Positions 1 through 10,378 of a DNA stretch of 64,000 nt are shown here, piece after piece. The first letter of the stretch is position 1, and the number at the start of each line of letters is the position of its first letter. The notes under the pieces were generated by a model. The model worked only from the letters and a program-made list of their open reading frames with translations. It searched no databases and was not told the DNA's origin. Location: NCBI GenBank assembly GCA_963664245.1, contig OY760934.1, positions 2,876,376-2,940,375 of the forward strand, given 5' to 3'. The stretch is from Bacteroidales bacterium (GTDB lineage Bacteria > Bacteroidota > Bacteroidia > Bacteroidales > GCA-2711565). The position numbers and the translations under genes are program-made.

Positions 1-915
1 GCGTTCAATTTCATAATGCATTCCCAAGTGTACAGCCCAGAAGAAAATGGCTCTTTTAATGCCTTTTAGCTTGCGGCCCTTGGCAATGATTTTATCGTAA
101 ACTTTTTCCAGCAAACGCGGAACCGTGGTCATAATATCCGGTTTTACCTCCTTGATATTATCGGCAATGGTTCCCATGTTTTCGGCATAATATACTGCAA
201 TTCCCAAGTATTGGAAAAGGTAAATCAACATGCGTTCGTAAACATGACAAAGTGGAAGATAACTCAAAGCTCTTCCATCTTCACCTATCGGCGGAATTTC
301 TTTTGCCTCCATGAAATTACTGATGATGTTGGCATGCGAAAGCATTACCCCTTTCGGGTCGCCTGTTGTGCCTGAAGTGTAGATCAGGGTTGCCATATCG
401 TGTGTGTCGATGGTAGCCTTGATTTCTTCAACTTTTTCGGGAACCGCGTTTTCTTTTCCAAGATTAATCAGCTCGCTCAAATGTTTTACGTCATCAATAT
501 GTTTGAAAGTGTACAAGCCTTTCAAACTTGGGATTTCGGGCAAAATATGCTGTATTTTCCGTAACAGATCCATTCCCGAAACAAATACATATTGCACCTC
601 GGCATGGTTCAAAATATATTGATAATCGGATTCACTAATGGTGGGATAAATCGGCACGTGTACAGCACCAATCTGGGAAATACCCATGTCTAAAAAATTC
701 CACTCGGGACGGTTGTTGGAGATAGTTGCAATTTTATCTCCTTTTTTTACGCCCAGTTTCAGCAAACCATAACTGATATTGTTGGCATTTTCGATGTACT
801 GGTCAATGCTGTATGTTACCCATTTGCCATTTTCTTTACCGGCAAGAGCATCAGGTTTAGGTTTATAAGAAGCTTTACAATGTGGAAGAATGTCAAAAAG
901 CCTTTTGATTTCCAT
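1..915 (-). CDS. AMP-forming long-chain acyl-CoA synthetase, N-terminal ~305 aa (3' part outside window)
   Basis: Absent from the ORF track because it runs off the window. Reverse-strand ATG at 915-913. Hand translation MEIKRLFDILPHCKASYKPKPDALAGKENGKWVTYSIDQYIENAN... stays open to base 1 and contains the AMP-binding signature LIYTSGTTGDPKGVMLSH (about 340-395). Confidence 0.85.
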   Translation of the reverse strand, partial: MEIKRLFDILPHCKASYKPKPDALAGKENGKWVTYSIDQYIENANNISYGLLKLGVKKGDKIATISNNRPEWNFLDMGISQIGAVHVPIYPTISESDYQYILNHAEVQYVFVSGMDLLRKIQHILPEIPSLKGLYTFKHIDDVKHLSELINLGKENAVPEKVEEIKATIDTHDMATLIYTSGTTGDPKGVMLSHANIISNFMEAKEIPPIGEDGRALSYLPLCHVYERMLIYLFQYLGIAVYYAENMGTIADNIKEVKPDIMTTVPRLLEKVYDKIIAKGRKLKGIKRAIFFWAVHLGMHYEIER

Positions 916-1003
916 ACCAAATTTTTAGTTCATACTACGACAGATTTGCAATGATAACAAAAAAATTACATATATGAAAAAAAGTCGTTACCCAGAACCT
1001 GAT

Positions 1004-1762
1004 CTATTCTTTAAAAATATTGGTGGCACTTGCCTGGGCTGTAGGCATAACCAGTATGTCGTTAATATTTACATGTTTCGGCAAGGAGGTTATATAGTAA
1101 GTTATTTCGGCAATGTCTTCGGCATGTAATGGTTCGAACCCGTCATACACTTTATCGGCAGTTTCTTTATCTCCTTTAAATCGAACCATGGAGAATTCGG
1201 TTTCAACGGCTCCCGGGGCGATTTGTGTAACGCGGATATGATGCTCCAGTAAATCGGCACGCATGCCTTTGGTTAGGGCGTCAACGGCGTGTTTGGTGGC
1301 ACAGTAAACACTCCCTCTGGCATATACTTCTTTTCCGGCTATTGAACCAATATTGATGATGTGCCCGGTTTTGTTTTTTATCATGAGCGGGATGACCTGG
1401 CGCGAAACATAGAGCAAACCTTTAATATTGGTGTCTACCATTTGTTCCCAGTCTTCAACAACGGCTTCCTGAACAGTATCAAGCCCGGCAGCCAGTCCGG
1501 CATTGTTTACCAAAACGTCAATGTTTGTCCAGCCGTTGTTCAGGGCAGCCATGGCTTTTTCTACGTCGCCACGGTCGCGAATGTCAAAATTCAGCGTTAA
1601 AACTTTATTTTTAAATTTCTTCTCGAACTCAATTTTTAATTCATCCAAACGCACTTTTCTCCGTCCGGTAATAATTAAATCATATCCATTTTCTGCAAAT
1701 TTTTCTGCACAAGCTTTCCCAATTCCTGCCGTTGCTCCTGTGATTAATGCAATTTTCTTCAT
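1004..1762 (-). CDS. Short-chain dehydrogenase/reductase (SDR), YdfG-like NADP-dependent oxidoreductase
   Basis: 252-aa ORF with cofactor motif TGATAGIGKA near the N-terminus and catalytic YCATKHAV (YxxxK). Confidence 0.9.
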   Translation of the reverse strand: MKKIALITGATAGIGKACAEKFAENGYDLIITGRRKVRLDELKIEFEKKFKNKVLTLNFDIRDRGDVEKAMAALNNGWTNIDVLVNNAGLAAGLDTVQEAVVEDWEQMVDTNIKGLLYVSRQVIPLMIKNKTGHIINIGSIAGKEVYARGSVYCATKHAVDALTKGMRADLLEHHIRVTQIAPGAVETEFSMVRFKGDKETADKVYDGFEPLHAEDIAEITYYITSLPKHVNINDILVMPTAQASATNIFKE

Positions 1763-1774
1763 GCTGTTTAATTC

Positions 1775-3691
1775 TTATAAATTGATATCAAAAATAAAAC
1801 CGGCTCGTACCCAGCGCCCCGGCATTGTTACATTTCCAATGTCAAAATAGTTTTTGTTTAAAATATTTGTCGACTCCAAATATACAATCCAATTCCCTTT
1901 TTCCCAATTAAAACGGGCATCAATCAACAAAAACGGATCGTAATTTTTTTCGCTGGAACTTGCAAAATCAGTGTATCTCCCCGCACGATCCTGGAAGCTA
2001 AATTGCCAGTTCAAACTGAGGTTTTTAACAATTTGGTGATTGATATTCAGGTTTAATTTATGTTTTAAATAATCGAGGGCATATTTTGAGATAAACTCTC
2101 CGCTCGATTTTTTCACCTTAATATAAGCGTATGTTACCCTCAAACGATTAATGAACGGAAGCTTTTCAAAGAGTTTTTTGTTTGAGAAGAAGGAAAATTC
2201 AAAGCCCCGGGTATCGAGTTCAGTAATGTTTTTGCTTTCCCATTTTTCTTCGGCATTTAACTTTACCCAATCAATAATGTCGTTTCCGTTGCGCGAAAAA
2301 TAAGCAATCTCGGCCGCAAAATAATTGGTAAAATATTTAACCCCTCCTTCAATGGTTACGGCCGTTTCGGGCTGAAGTTCTGCGTTTCCGATATTGGTTG
2401 CCCCCACGTAATACAAATCGGTAAAGCTCGGGATGCGGTACGATTTGTTCAACGAAGCAAAAACCTTGAGTTCTTTGCTGACGGCATAACTTGCATTCAG
2501 GCCCGGAAAAACTTCCCATCGGTAAGAAGTGTTGAAATTGGCCATGACTCCGCCTCCAATGCTAAATTTTTTGGCATAATAAGCATGGTCAATAAAAACG
2601 GAAAGGTTGTTACGGTCGGCTCCTTTGGTGTATTGTAGCTCATCTTCGCCACGAATGTCTTTGGGTTCATCCATGTCGAACCCTAGATTGGTACTGTAAA
2701 TTTTTTCGTCGCGATAAGCCATTCCTAAAGCTGTTTTTCCGACTTTAGTTACGAGGTTCAGGCTTCCTTCAAATCCGTAAACATGCGTTTGATGAAAGTT
2801 GTGGCGGGTGTACCAGGTCGCAGCCCCGGCAAAATCCCTGAACAATTCAAAACGGTCGTTATGTTTTTTGTAATAAGCCGAAAACTGGTGTTTTAATTTT
2901 TTCCCGCCTTCCCATTTCCCGGAAAGGAAAAGCGTATTGGTTGCCTCGTATTGGTTTGGGTAATCGGGGGTGTAAAAACTGTTTGCCCCAAAACCTTTAT
3001 CCTGATAAGCCGCCTGAATTTGGATGTTTTGTTTGCCGAGTTTGATCCCCACACTGTAAAACAAATTTAAAATTTGGTAATCGGTATTTTCAATATATCC
3101 GTTCGAGCCTTTCTTAGAAACCGTAAAATTATTCGTAAGGTTTTTGCTTGCAAGGTTTACCGAACCCAACAAAGAATATAAATGGTGCTCTCCACCGGAA
3201 ATGCCGATTTTGGCTTTGTTTTCTTTGTTACCGGAAGTGATGATATTGATGGCCCCGCTAAAAGCATTTGGACCGAAAATCCGGGAGGCTGGTCCTTCCA
3301 ACACTTCTACTTTTTCAATATTTTCAATGTCGATGGGAATATCCGAATTGTGGTGCCCGGTTTGGGGATCGTTAAACGAAATGCCATTAATCAGGATGAG
3401 AACCTGATCGAAGGTTCCGCCACGGACACTAATGTCTGACTGAATGCCGTGATAGCCGCGCTGACGAACATCCACGTTCATGGCATATTCCAGTAAATCG
3501 CTTATGTTTTGAACAGCGGCCTGCCGGATTTCTGTTCTGTTAAGTACATTTACAATTCTTGAGGTTTGCGAATAAACTGCCGGGGTTTTTGTCGATTCAA
3601 TTCTAACTTCGTCAATCCAAACGGTATCGTTTTGGGAATTCGTAAATAAAGATAAACAAAGTAGTAAAAAGGATAAGCTTGCTTGTTTCAT
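1775..3691 (-). CDS. TonB-dependent outer-membrane receptor (substrate unknown)
   Basis: 638 aa with a signal peptide (MKQASLSFLLLCLSLFTNSQ). Plug-domain motifs DISVRGGTFDQVLILINGISFNDPQTGHHN and VEVLEGPASRIFGPNAFSGAINIIT are followed by a long beta-barrel. Confidence 0.9.
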   Translation of the reverse strand: MKQASLSFLLLCLSLFTNSQNDTVWIDEVRIESTKTPAVYSQTSRIVNVLNRTEIRQAAVQNISDLLEYAMNVDVRQRGYHGIQSDISVRGGTFDQVLILINGISFNDPQTGHHNSDIPIDIENIEKVEVLEGPASRIFGPNAFSGAINIITSGNKENKAKIGISGGEHHLYSLLGSVNLASKNLTNNFTVSKKGSNGYIENTDYQILNLFYSVGIKLGKQNIQIQAAYQDKGFGANSFYTPDYPNQYEATNTLFLSGKWEGGKKLKHQFSAYYKKHNDRFELFRDFAGAATWYTRHNFHQTHVYGFEGSLNLVTKVGKTALGMAYRDEKIYSTNLGFDMDEPKDIRGEDELQYTKGADRNNLSVFIDHAYYAKKFSIGGGVMANFNTSYRWEVFPGLNASYAVSKELKVFASLNKSYRIPSFTDLYYVGATNIGNAELQPETAVTIEGGVKYFTNYFAAEIAYFSRNGNDIIDWVKLNAEEKWESKNITELDTRGFEFSFFSNKKLFEKLPFINRLRVTYAYIKVKKSSGEFISKYALDYLKHKLNLNINHQIVKNLSLNWQFSFQDRAGRYTDFASSSEKNYDPFLLIDARFNWEKGNWIVYLESTNILNKNYFDIGNVTMPGRWVRAGFIFDINL

Positions 3692-3729
3692 GTTTGAAAT
3701 TTTTAGGTTAATTAATTATTTCATTTTTC

Positions 3730-4128
3730 TTAAATCTTATTGCATAAAAAAAGTCTGCTTTCTACGCTTGTAAAAAACAGACTATGAATATGCTGTATGA
3801 TGTTTTTTTGTTTTCGGTTTTCTTGTGACGAGGTAACAGAAGCAAGGTTAAAAAACAGGAAAAATAAAAGTCCAAATGTTGAAAATGCGAATTGCAGATA
3901 ATTTGTATTAGCTGTGTTTAGATTGCTTTCCTCTTCCTCAAAATCCTCAGTGTTTTTTGAAATAGAAATGATATCAACCAGTCCTTTTAACAATGTTTTC
4001 TGACAGATGCGAGCTTTGAGTACCCCGATTTTTACCTGTTTACCCAAAGAGGAAAAAACGGCATAATTTTTCCGACTCCATTTAGAGAAAACAATAAGCT
4101 TGGACGATATATATTTTTGTTGATTCAT
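3730..4128 (-). CDS. Hypothetical small protein (132 aa), coding status uncertain
   Basis: This is the only long ORF in the 465-nt purL/receptor gap. It has one hydrophobic segment (FAFSTFGLLFFLFFNLASV) and an acidic run (EDFEEEES). Its last ~20 codons read straight through the terminator hairpin, so part or all of it may be non-coding leader. Confidence 0.3.
   Translation of the reverse strand: MNQQKYISSKLIVFSKWSRKNYAVFSSLGKQVKIGVLKARICQKTLLKGLVDIISISKNTEDFEEEESNLNTANTNYLQFAFSTFGLLFFLFFNLASVTSSQENRKQKNIIQHIHSLFFTSVESRLFLCNKI
3745..3783 (-). terminator. Rho-independent terminator-like hairpin upstream of the TonB-dependent receptor
   Basis: Minus strand reads AGTCTGTTTTTTAC-AAGC-GTAGAAAGCAGACT followed by TTTTTT. 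This is a 14-bp stem (two G-U pairs) with a tetraloop and a T6 tail, 55-90 nt before the receptor ATG at 3691. Confidence 0.6.
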
Positions 4129-4156
4129 TGAAACTTTGAGAATGAAAAAACTCCCT

Positions 4157-7100
4157 TTAAATTAACTTTTTTATCCATTCTCTGGCATTCACAAATGCTT
4201 CAATCCATGGGGTAATTTCATCTTGTTTGCGTTCCATTGGATATTCGGCCCAATGCCAAGGCATAAAGGCACGTTCCAGGTGAGGCATCATTACCAGATG
4301 ACGGCCATCATCCGAACACATCCCGGCAATGTTATGTTCAGAACCGTTCGGATTGCCCGGGTATTCCCCGTAGGTGTAGTTCATCGAAACGTTATATTTA
4401 TCCAGCTCGTACGGCAGGCTGAATTTTCCTTCGCCGTGTGCTACATGAATTCCCAAACATGATCCGGCCAATGTTTTCAGCATGATAGAGTTGTTTTCGG
4501 GAATATCCACACTAATGAAGTTTCCTTCAAATTTATGCGAATCGTTGTGCAGCATTTTTGCTCTTTGAGCGTGTTCGGGATAAACCAAATTCAGTTCCAT
4601 CATCAGTTGGCAACCGTTACAAACGCCTAAGCTCATGGTGTCTTTTCGGGCGTAGAAATTCTCCAGGGCGGTACGGGCTTTTTCATTGTACAAGAAAGCT
4701 CCGGCCCAACCTTTGGCTGATCCGAGTACATCGGAGTTGGAGAAGCCTCCCACGAAAACAATAAAGTTTACGTCTTCCAAAGTTTCACGGCCCGAGATAA
4801 GATCGGTCATGTGAACGTCTTTTACGTCGAAGCCTGCCAGGTGCATAACGTAAGCCATTTCGCGGTCGCCGTTCACACCTTTCTCGCGCATGATGGCCGC
4901 TTTAATTCCCGTTGGCTTGCGGCGGCTCAGTTCGATGTTGTATTGCGAGGCTTTGCCGGTAAAATGTTCCGGGAAAACAAAATTTAATTCCTGTTTTTTG
5001 TAATTGTTGAACCGTTCCAGTGCCAGCTCTTCGCCACATTGTTTGCGGTCGAACAGGTAAGATGTTTTGAACCAAAGATCGCGCAAATGGTTAATGTTCA
5101 AAGCCGATTGATAATCGTGGTGTTTGATGTTGAGCACCCTTTCGTCGGTTACTTTCCCAATTTCTTTAAATTCAATGCTGTTTTGGCTTAAAATTTCTTT
5201 TGCTTTTTGACCCTTAATTTGAAGAATAATTCCGGGGTTCTCGCTAAAGAACACTTTGACGGTTTCCTTTTCTGCTATGCCCGAAAGATCGATGTTTATG
5301 CCGATATCGTTTCTTCCGAAAGTCATTTCCAAGAGGGCGGTAATCATCCCCCCGGCAGAAATATCGTGTCCGGCTAAAATCAAATCCTCACGGATCAATT
5401 GCTGAATGGTATTAAATGCTTTGGCGAAATAAGGTGTATCGGTTACGCTTGGGGTTTCAGTTCCCAGGTAATTCAACAGTTGGGCAAAACTACTTCCTCC
5501 TAATTTGAATGTATCTTTCGAAAGATCGATGTAAAGAATTTCGGTGTTGCTGTCTTTTACCAGTACCGGACGAACCGTTTTACGGATATCTTCCACTTCG
5601 CCGGCCGACGAAATAATGACGGTTCCCGGAGCATAAACCACGTCCTTGCCGTATTTTTGCGTCATCGAAAGCGAATCTTTCCCGGTAGGAATATTGATTC
5701 CTAAGTCGCAGGCAAAATCGCTCACTGCCTGAACGGCTTCGTATAAACGGGCATCTTCGCCTTTGTTTTTTGCCGGCCACATCCAGTTGGCACTTAACGA
5801 AATTCCTTTTAGATCGTCCTGAATTGGAGCCCAAACAATGTTGGTCAAAGATTCTGCAATCGACAGGATGGACCCTTTTACCGGGTCAACCATGGCAGCT
5901 ACCGGAGCATGTCCCATGGCTGTTGCAATTCCTTTTTTGCCTTGGTAATCCAAAGCAACTACGCCTAGATTGTTCAAGGGCAATTGAACGGTTCCGGCAC
6001 ATTGTTGCATGGCAACTTTGCCGGTTACCGAACGGTCTACCTTGTTGGTGAGCCAGTCTTTACAAGCCACCGCTTCCAGTTGGAGCAGGTTCTCAATGTA
6101 GTCGTTGATTTTAGAATGATCGTATTCAACCGCTTTAAAATTGGCGGTTTGTTTCTCGTCTTTCAAAATGGTTTTTGGTGGTTTCCCGAAAAGGTATTCC
6201 AAATCCAGATCAATCGGATTCCCATTTTTGCCTTCAAAAACAAAATGTTTATCGCCACGGGCTTTACCTACCGCGTAAATTGGCGAACGTTCGCGCTCGG
6301 CAATTTTATTGAGGAGGTCGAAATCTTTTTCTTTCATCATCAATCCCATGCGTTCCTGCGATTCGTTCCCGATAATTTCTTTGGCCGAAAGGGTCGGGTC
6401 GCCCACCGGAAGTTTATTCAAATCGATGCTTCCCCCGGTTTCTTCCACTAATTCCGATAAAGAATTGAGGTGCCCGCCTGCCCCATGATCGTGGATAGAA
6501 ATGATGGAGTTGTTTTCCGATTCAACCAATCCGCGGATGGCGTTCAGCACCCGTTTTTGCATTTCAGGGTTGGCACGCTGAACCGCGTTCAGCTCAATGG
6601 AGTTGCCGTATTCGCCGGTAGCTACCGATGAAACAGCTCCACCGCCCATCCCAATGCGGTAATTATCTCCTCCTAGAACGACGATCAAATCGCCTTCCTC
6701 GGGAGTGTCTTTTAAACTATCGTCTTTTTTTCCGAACCCGATTCCTCCGGCCAGCATAATTACTTTGTCGTAACCGTATTTTTTGTCATTCTCAAAATGC
6801 TCGAAAGTCAGCAAACTGCCACAGATCAGCGGTTGGCCGAATTTGTTTCCAAAATCGCTGGCTCCGTTCGACGCTTTAATCAGGATTTCTTCCGGCGTTT
6901 GATACAACCAGGGGCGTTCTTCGGTTTTTTGTTCCCAGCTGCGGCCTTCTTCCAGGCGGGGGTAAGAGGTCATGTAAACGGCTGTTCCGGCAATGGGCAA
7001 GCTGCCTTTACCTCCGGCCATACGGTCGCGGATTTCGCCACCGGTTCCGGTAGATGCGCCGTTGAAAGGTTCAACCGTTGTCGGGAAATTATGGGTTTCC

Positions 7101-7837
7101 GCTTTTAGCGAAATAACCGTGTCAATATCTTTAATTTCGAAATAGTCAGGTTTGTCCTGGGTTTTAGGGGCAAATTGTTCAACCTTTGGGCCAAGAATAA
7201 AAGCAACATTGTCTTTGTATGCCGAAACTAAGCGGTTCGGATTAACTTTGGAGGTTTTTTTAATCAGGGCGAAAAGGGTGTTTTCTTTGGTTTCGCCATT
7301 GATGACGAAAGTTCCGTTGAAAATTTTATGGCGACAGTGCTCGGAGTTTACCTGGGCAAATCCGTAAACTTCGCCATCGGTTAATTTGCGACCGATTTTT
7401 TCACTCACTTCGTTCAAATAACCAATTTCGTCGGGGCTTAGAGCTAAACCTTCGGCTTCGTTGTATTCTGCAATATTTTCGATATGAATGATTGGGTCAG
7501 GTTCTTTTTCGATGGTAAAAATAGATTGATCAAGCTCTCCATAAAATGCCTGGAGCATGGGGTCATATTTAGCATCGGTATTATCTTGTTTGTAAAATTC
7601 CTCGATACGCTCAATGCCTTCAATACCCATGTTTTGGGTAATTTCTACGGCGTTGGTGCTCCACGGAGTAATCATTTCTTTGCGGGGACCAACAAAGTAA
7701 TTTTCAATTTTGTTTTCGGTAAGAATACGAGCTTCGCTAAACAGCCAGCTTAATTTTTCTTTATCGGTTTTTGTTAATTCTTTGCTTGAACCAACGGCAT
7801 AAAAAAGCTTTTCCTGAGCTTGAAAGAAAGTTATCAT
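4157..7837 (-). CDS. purL: Phosphoribosylformylglycinamidine synthase, single-chain large form
   Basis: 1226 aa with the FGAM synthase AIR-synthase-like repeats and a C-terminal glutamine amidotransferase domain carrying the catalytic Cys motif [11 protein letters not shown]. Confidence 0.97.
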   Translation of the reverse strand: MITFFQAQEKLFYAVGSSKELTKTDKEKLSWLFSEARILTENKIENYFVGPRKEMITPWSTNAVEITQNMGIEGIERIEEFYKQDNTDAKYDPMLQAFYGELDQSIFTIEKEPDPIIHIENIAEYNEAEGLALSPDEIGYLNEVSEKIGRKLTDGEVYGFAQVNSEHCRHKIFNGTFVINGETKENTLFALIKKTSKVNPNRLVSAYKDNVAFILGPKVEQFAPKTQDKPDYFEIKDIDTVISLKAETHNFPTTVEPFNGASTGTGGEIRDRMAGGKGSLPIAGTAVYMTSYPRLEEGRSWEQKTEERPWLYQTPEEILIKASNGASDFGNKFGQPLICGSLLTFEHFENDKKYGYDKVIMLAGGIGFGKKDDSLKDTPEEGDLIVVLGGDNYRIGMGGGAVSSVATGEYGNSIELNAVQRANPEMQKRVLNAIRGLVESENNSIISIHDHGAGGHLNSLSELVEETGGSIDLNKLPVGDPTLSAKEIIGNESQERMGLMMKEKDFDLLNKIAERERSPIYAVGKARGDKHFVFEGKNGNPIDLDLEYLFGKPPKTILKDEKQTANFKAVEYDHSKINDYIENLLQLEAVACKDWLTNKVDRSVTGKVAMQQCAGTVQLPLNNLGVVALDYQGKKGIATAMGHAPVAAMVDPVKGSILSIAESLTNIVWAPIQDDLKGISLSANWMWPAKNKGEDARLYEAVQAVSDFACDLGINIPTGKDSLSMTQKYGKDVVYAPGTVIISSAGEVEDIRKTVRPVLVKDSNTEILYIDLSKDTFKLGGSSFAQLLNYLGTETPSVTDTPYFAKAFNTIQQLIREDLILAGHDISAGGMITALLEMTFGRNDIGINIDLSGIAEKETVKVFFSENPGIILQIKGQKAKEILSQNSIEFKEIGKVTDERVLNIKHHDYQSALNINHLRDLWFKTSYLFDRKQCGEELALERFNNYKKQELNFVFPEHFTGKASQYNIELSRRKPTGIKAAIMREKGVNGDREMAYVMHLAGFDVKDVHMTDLISGRETLEDVNFIVFVGGFSNSDVLGSAKGWAGAFLYNEKARTALENFYARKDTMSLGVCNGCQLMMELNLVYPEHAQRAKMLHNDSHKFEGNFISVDIPENNSIMLKTLAGSCLGIHVAHGEGKFSLPYELDKYNVSMNYTYGEYPGNPNGSEHNIAGMCSDDGRHLVMMPHLERAFMPWHWAEYPMERKQDEITPWIEAFVNAREWIKKLI

Positions 7838-7933
7838 CCAATCGATTTTTAAGGTTTAGACAGACAGTTGAAAATAACGCTGCAAAGATATAAAATGATC
7901 GTTAGATAAAGGGGGCTAAACAAGGCATAAAAT

Positions 7934-8851
7934 TTAAATATCTTTTGCCGACACGCCATAAACTTCGGTGGGGTGGTGAACCCCTTCTGGTTCAACATGA
8001 ACCCGGATGTCGTACACGTTTTCGATGCTTGAACGAATACTTGCATCCACCTTATGTGCAATTTCGTGAGAAACTTTTACGCTTAAATTTTCATTCACTT
8101 CCACATCGAGGCTAATGAGGTAGGTGTTGTTTCTTTGCCGAACCCTTATATGGTGAGGGTTTTTCGCTCCCTCCACTTTTTCAACGGCTTCGATAATGGT
8201 TTTGTAAATCCCGGTATCTTCTATTCCGTCCATTAGTTCGACATTTGATTCCATAAAAATTTTGAAAGCGACATACATGATCCAGCCGCTAACTGCAAAG
8301 GCCGTTAAAATATCCAATATCGAGAGTTTAAAAATAAAAGTAAATACAAGTCCCAGTAAAACCGAAAGCGAAATGATTACATCATTTTGCATGTTTTTGG
8401 CATTGGCAACCAGCATGGAGCTTTTGACTTTTTTCCCGACTTTGAATTGATAAAATGCCAGGAAGAACTTTCCGAAAATTGAAATTACGGTTACATAAAT
8501 GGCAATTTTTGAAGGCATTTCCCGGATTTCGTTTTCAATCAGGTTTGAAAAGGTTGAAATGGCCAGTTGTGCTCCGGCAAAAAAGATAATAAATGCTAAT
8601 ACCTTGGATGCGATGGTGTCTGCTTTTTCGTAACCGTAAGGGAACCGAATGTCGGGTGGTTTTGCAATAATCCGAGCCGTAAAGAGGGTAATAACAGAAG
8701 TCACAATATCACTGGCCGAGTCTATCCCATCGGCGAGAACAGCCATACTTCCCGAAACAAAGCCAATTATTATTTTAGACACAGATAAAAAGGCATTTCC
8801 CCAGATGCTTATCCAGGACGCTTTTTTGATGGCTTTATCTTTGCTTTGCAT
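7934..8851 (-). CDS. Cation diffusion facilitator (CDF) family metal efflux transporter
   Basis: 305 aa with six predicted TM helices, metal-site-like LADGIDSASD in TM2 and a C-terminal cytoplasmic domain typical of CDF proteins. Confidence 0.88.
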   Translation of the reverse strand: MQSKDKAIKKASWISIWGNAFLSVSKIIIGFVSGSMAVLADGIDSASDIVTSVITLFTARIIAKPPDIRFPYGYEKADTIASKVLAFIIFFAGAQLAISTFSNLIENEIREMPSKIAIYVTVISIFGKFFLAFYQFKVGKKVKSSMLVANAKNMQNDVIISLSVLLGLVFTFIFKLSILDILTAFAVSGWIMYVAFKIFMESNVELMDGIEDTGIYKTIIEAVEKVEGAKNPHHIRVRQRNNTYLISLDVEVNENLSVKVSHEIAHKVDASIRSSIENVYDIRVHVEPEGVHHPTEVYGVSAKDI

Positions 8852-8862
8852 GGTACAAAAAT

Positions 8863-8902
8863 AAAAAAAAGGATATCACAAATTAAGGTGAAATCCTTTT
8901 TT
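8863..8902 (-). terminator. Rho-independent terminator after trxB
   Basis: Minus strand reads AAAAAAGGAT-(18 nt loop)-ATCCTTTTTT followed by a T-rich tail, starting 20 nt after the trxB stop. Confidence 0.6.
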
Positions 8903-8922
8903 GAGATAGAGTTTGTTTATAT

Positions 8923-9870
8923 CTAATGAGATAAAAATCGTTCAGCTTCGATGGCAGCCATACACCCGGTCCCTGCTGCAGTAATGGCTTGACGGAACAC
9001 ATGGTCTTGAACATCGCCACAGGCAAAAACACCTTCTACATTTGTTTTGGTAGAATCAGGTTTAGTGACCAAATATCCGTTTTCGTCAGTGTCTAGATAT
9101 TTTGTAAATAGATCGGTATTTGGTTTGTGCCCGATAGCTACAAAAAAGCCGTCTAATTTGATTTCTTTTTCTTCGCCGGTTTGTACATTGGTTAAAACGG
9201 CACTTGTTACTTTTTTAGAAAATCCCTGAGTTTCCCCTTTGATTTCTTTGGTAGTGTGGTTCCAAAGAACCTCAATGTTTTTGGTGTTCAGGACTTTATT
9301 TTGCATGGCTTTGGAAGCCCGTAATTCATCGCGGCGGTGAATCAAATAAACTTTGTTGCAGAGCTTGGCTAGATAGGTTGCTTCTTCGGCAGCCGTATCG
9401 CCACCTCCAACTACGGCAACATCCAATCCTTTATAGAAGAACCCGTCGCATGTAGCACAGGCCGAAACGCCGTAGCCGTTGTACTCTTGCTCGGATTCCA
9501 ATCCTAACCATTTAGCCGTAGCTCCGGTTGCAATAATGACGGTCTCTGCCATAATGACTTTCCCGTCGTCAGCGGTTACTTTAAATGGTCGCTCAGAAAA
9601 ATCAACATCAGTGATCATACCGAAACGGATATCTGCGTCAAAGCGTTCGGCTTGTTTTTTGAGGTCTGCCATCATTTCTGAGCCCTGGGTTCCTTCGGGA
9701 TAACCCGGGAAATTTTCTATTTCGGTGGTTGTAGTAAGCTGACCGCCGGGTTGGAGCCCCTCGTAAACTACAGGTTTTAAATCAGCACGGGCAGCATAAA
9801 TAGCAGCAGTGTAACCGGCAGGTCCAGATCCAATAATTAAACATTGGACGTTTTCAGTATTTTCACTCAT
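8923..9870 (-). CDS. trxB: Thioredoxin-disulfide reductase
   Basis: 315 aa with FAD motif GSGPAGYTAA, redox-active CATCDG and NADPH motif GGGDTAAEEA. Confidence 0.95.
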   Translation of the reverse strand: MSENTENVQCLIIGSGPAGYTAAIYAARADLKPVVYEGLQPGGQLTTTTEIENFPGYPEGTQGSEMMADLKKQAERFDADIRFGMITDVDFSERPFKVTADDGKVIMAETVIIATGATAKWLGLESEQEYNGYGVSACATCDGFFYKGLDVAVVGGGDTAAEEATYLAKLCNKVYLIHRRDELRASKAMQNKVLNTKNIEVLWNHTTKEIKGETQGFSKKVTSAVLTNVQTGEEKEIKLDGFFVAIGHKPNTDLFTKYLDTDENGYLVTKPDSTKTNVEGVFACGDVQDHVFRQAITAAGTGCMAAIEAERFLSH

Positions 9871-10087
9871 TGTATTTTGATGTTAAATGTTTGTATTTCT
9901 TTTTTGACAAATTAGCTTTGCTAAAACTGTGCCATTGGCGGCTAAAAAAATAGTTATGTTCTAAATTTAGACAAATGTATAGATAATATGGGTGATTCTT
10001 AATATTAATTTTCGTAGGTTATAAAATGAATTTTGTACTTTAGAACCAATAAGTAAATGAATTCATTATTCACTAAAAATTGTCATT

Positions 10088-10333
10088 ATGAATATCGTAA
10101 TTATTATTTTAGTAGGTATTGTGGCCGGTTATTTGGCTGGCTTAGTAATGAAAGGCAGAGGATTTGGTATTATTGTAAACTTTATTGTTGGTATTGCCGG
10201 AGCTTTTATAGGCGATTGGGTTTTTGATGAATTAGAAATTATAATAACTACCGGTTGGTTAGGCTTGTTGATTGAATCGTTTATAGGTGCGATAATCTTA
10301 CTGCTTATTATCAGTCTTTTTAAAAAAAAGTAA
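10088..10333 (+). CDS. GlsB/YeaQ/YmgE family (transglycosylase-associated) small membrane stress protein
   Basis: 81 aa with three glycine-zipper TM helices (GIVAGYLAGLVM, GIAGAFIGDW, IGAIILLLI), typical of this family. Confidence 0.85.
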   Translation: MNIVIIILVGIVAGYLAGLVMKGRGFGIIVNFIVGIAGAFIGDWVFDELEIIITTGWLGLLIESFIGAIILLLIISLFKKK

Positions 10334-10353
10334 GTTTAGTAAAAAGGTATTTG

Positions 10354-10378
10354 GGTGTTCGGTTGAACACCTTTTTTA
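10354..10378 (+). terminator. Rho-independent terminator after the glsB-like gene
   Basis: GGTGTTC-GGTT-GAACACC followed by TTTTTT. It sits between convergent genes and abuts the stop of the minus-strand kinase. Confidence 0.65.

Noticed and set aside
4223-7753. Multiple 60-155-aa plus-strand ORFs inside purL, and similar antisense ORFs inside the big kinase, menB/menD, comM, nadE and mrp
   Set aside because: All are nested antisense to long, motif-supported genes and show low-complexity or Arg/Cys/Phe-rich composition typical of shadow ORFs.
7849-8061. 70-aa minus-strand ORF overlapping the CDF transporter 3' end
   Set aside because: It is a different frame of the CDF C-terminal domain plus the purL upstream spacer, with no supporting motif.
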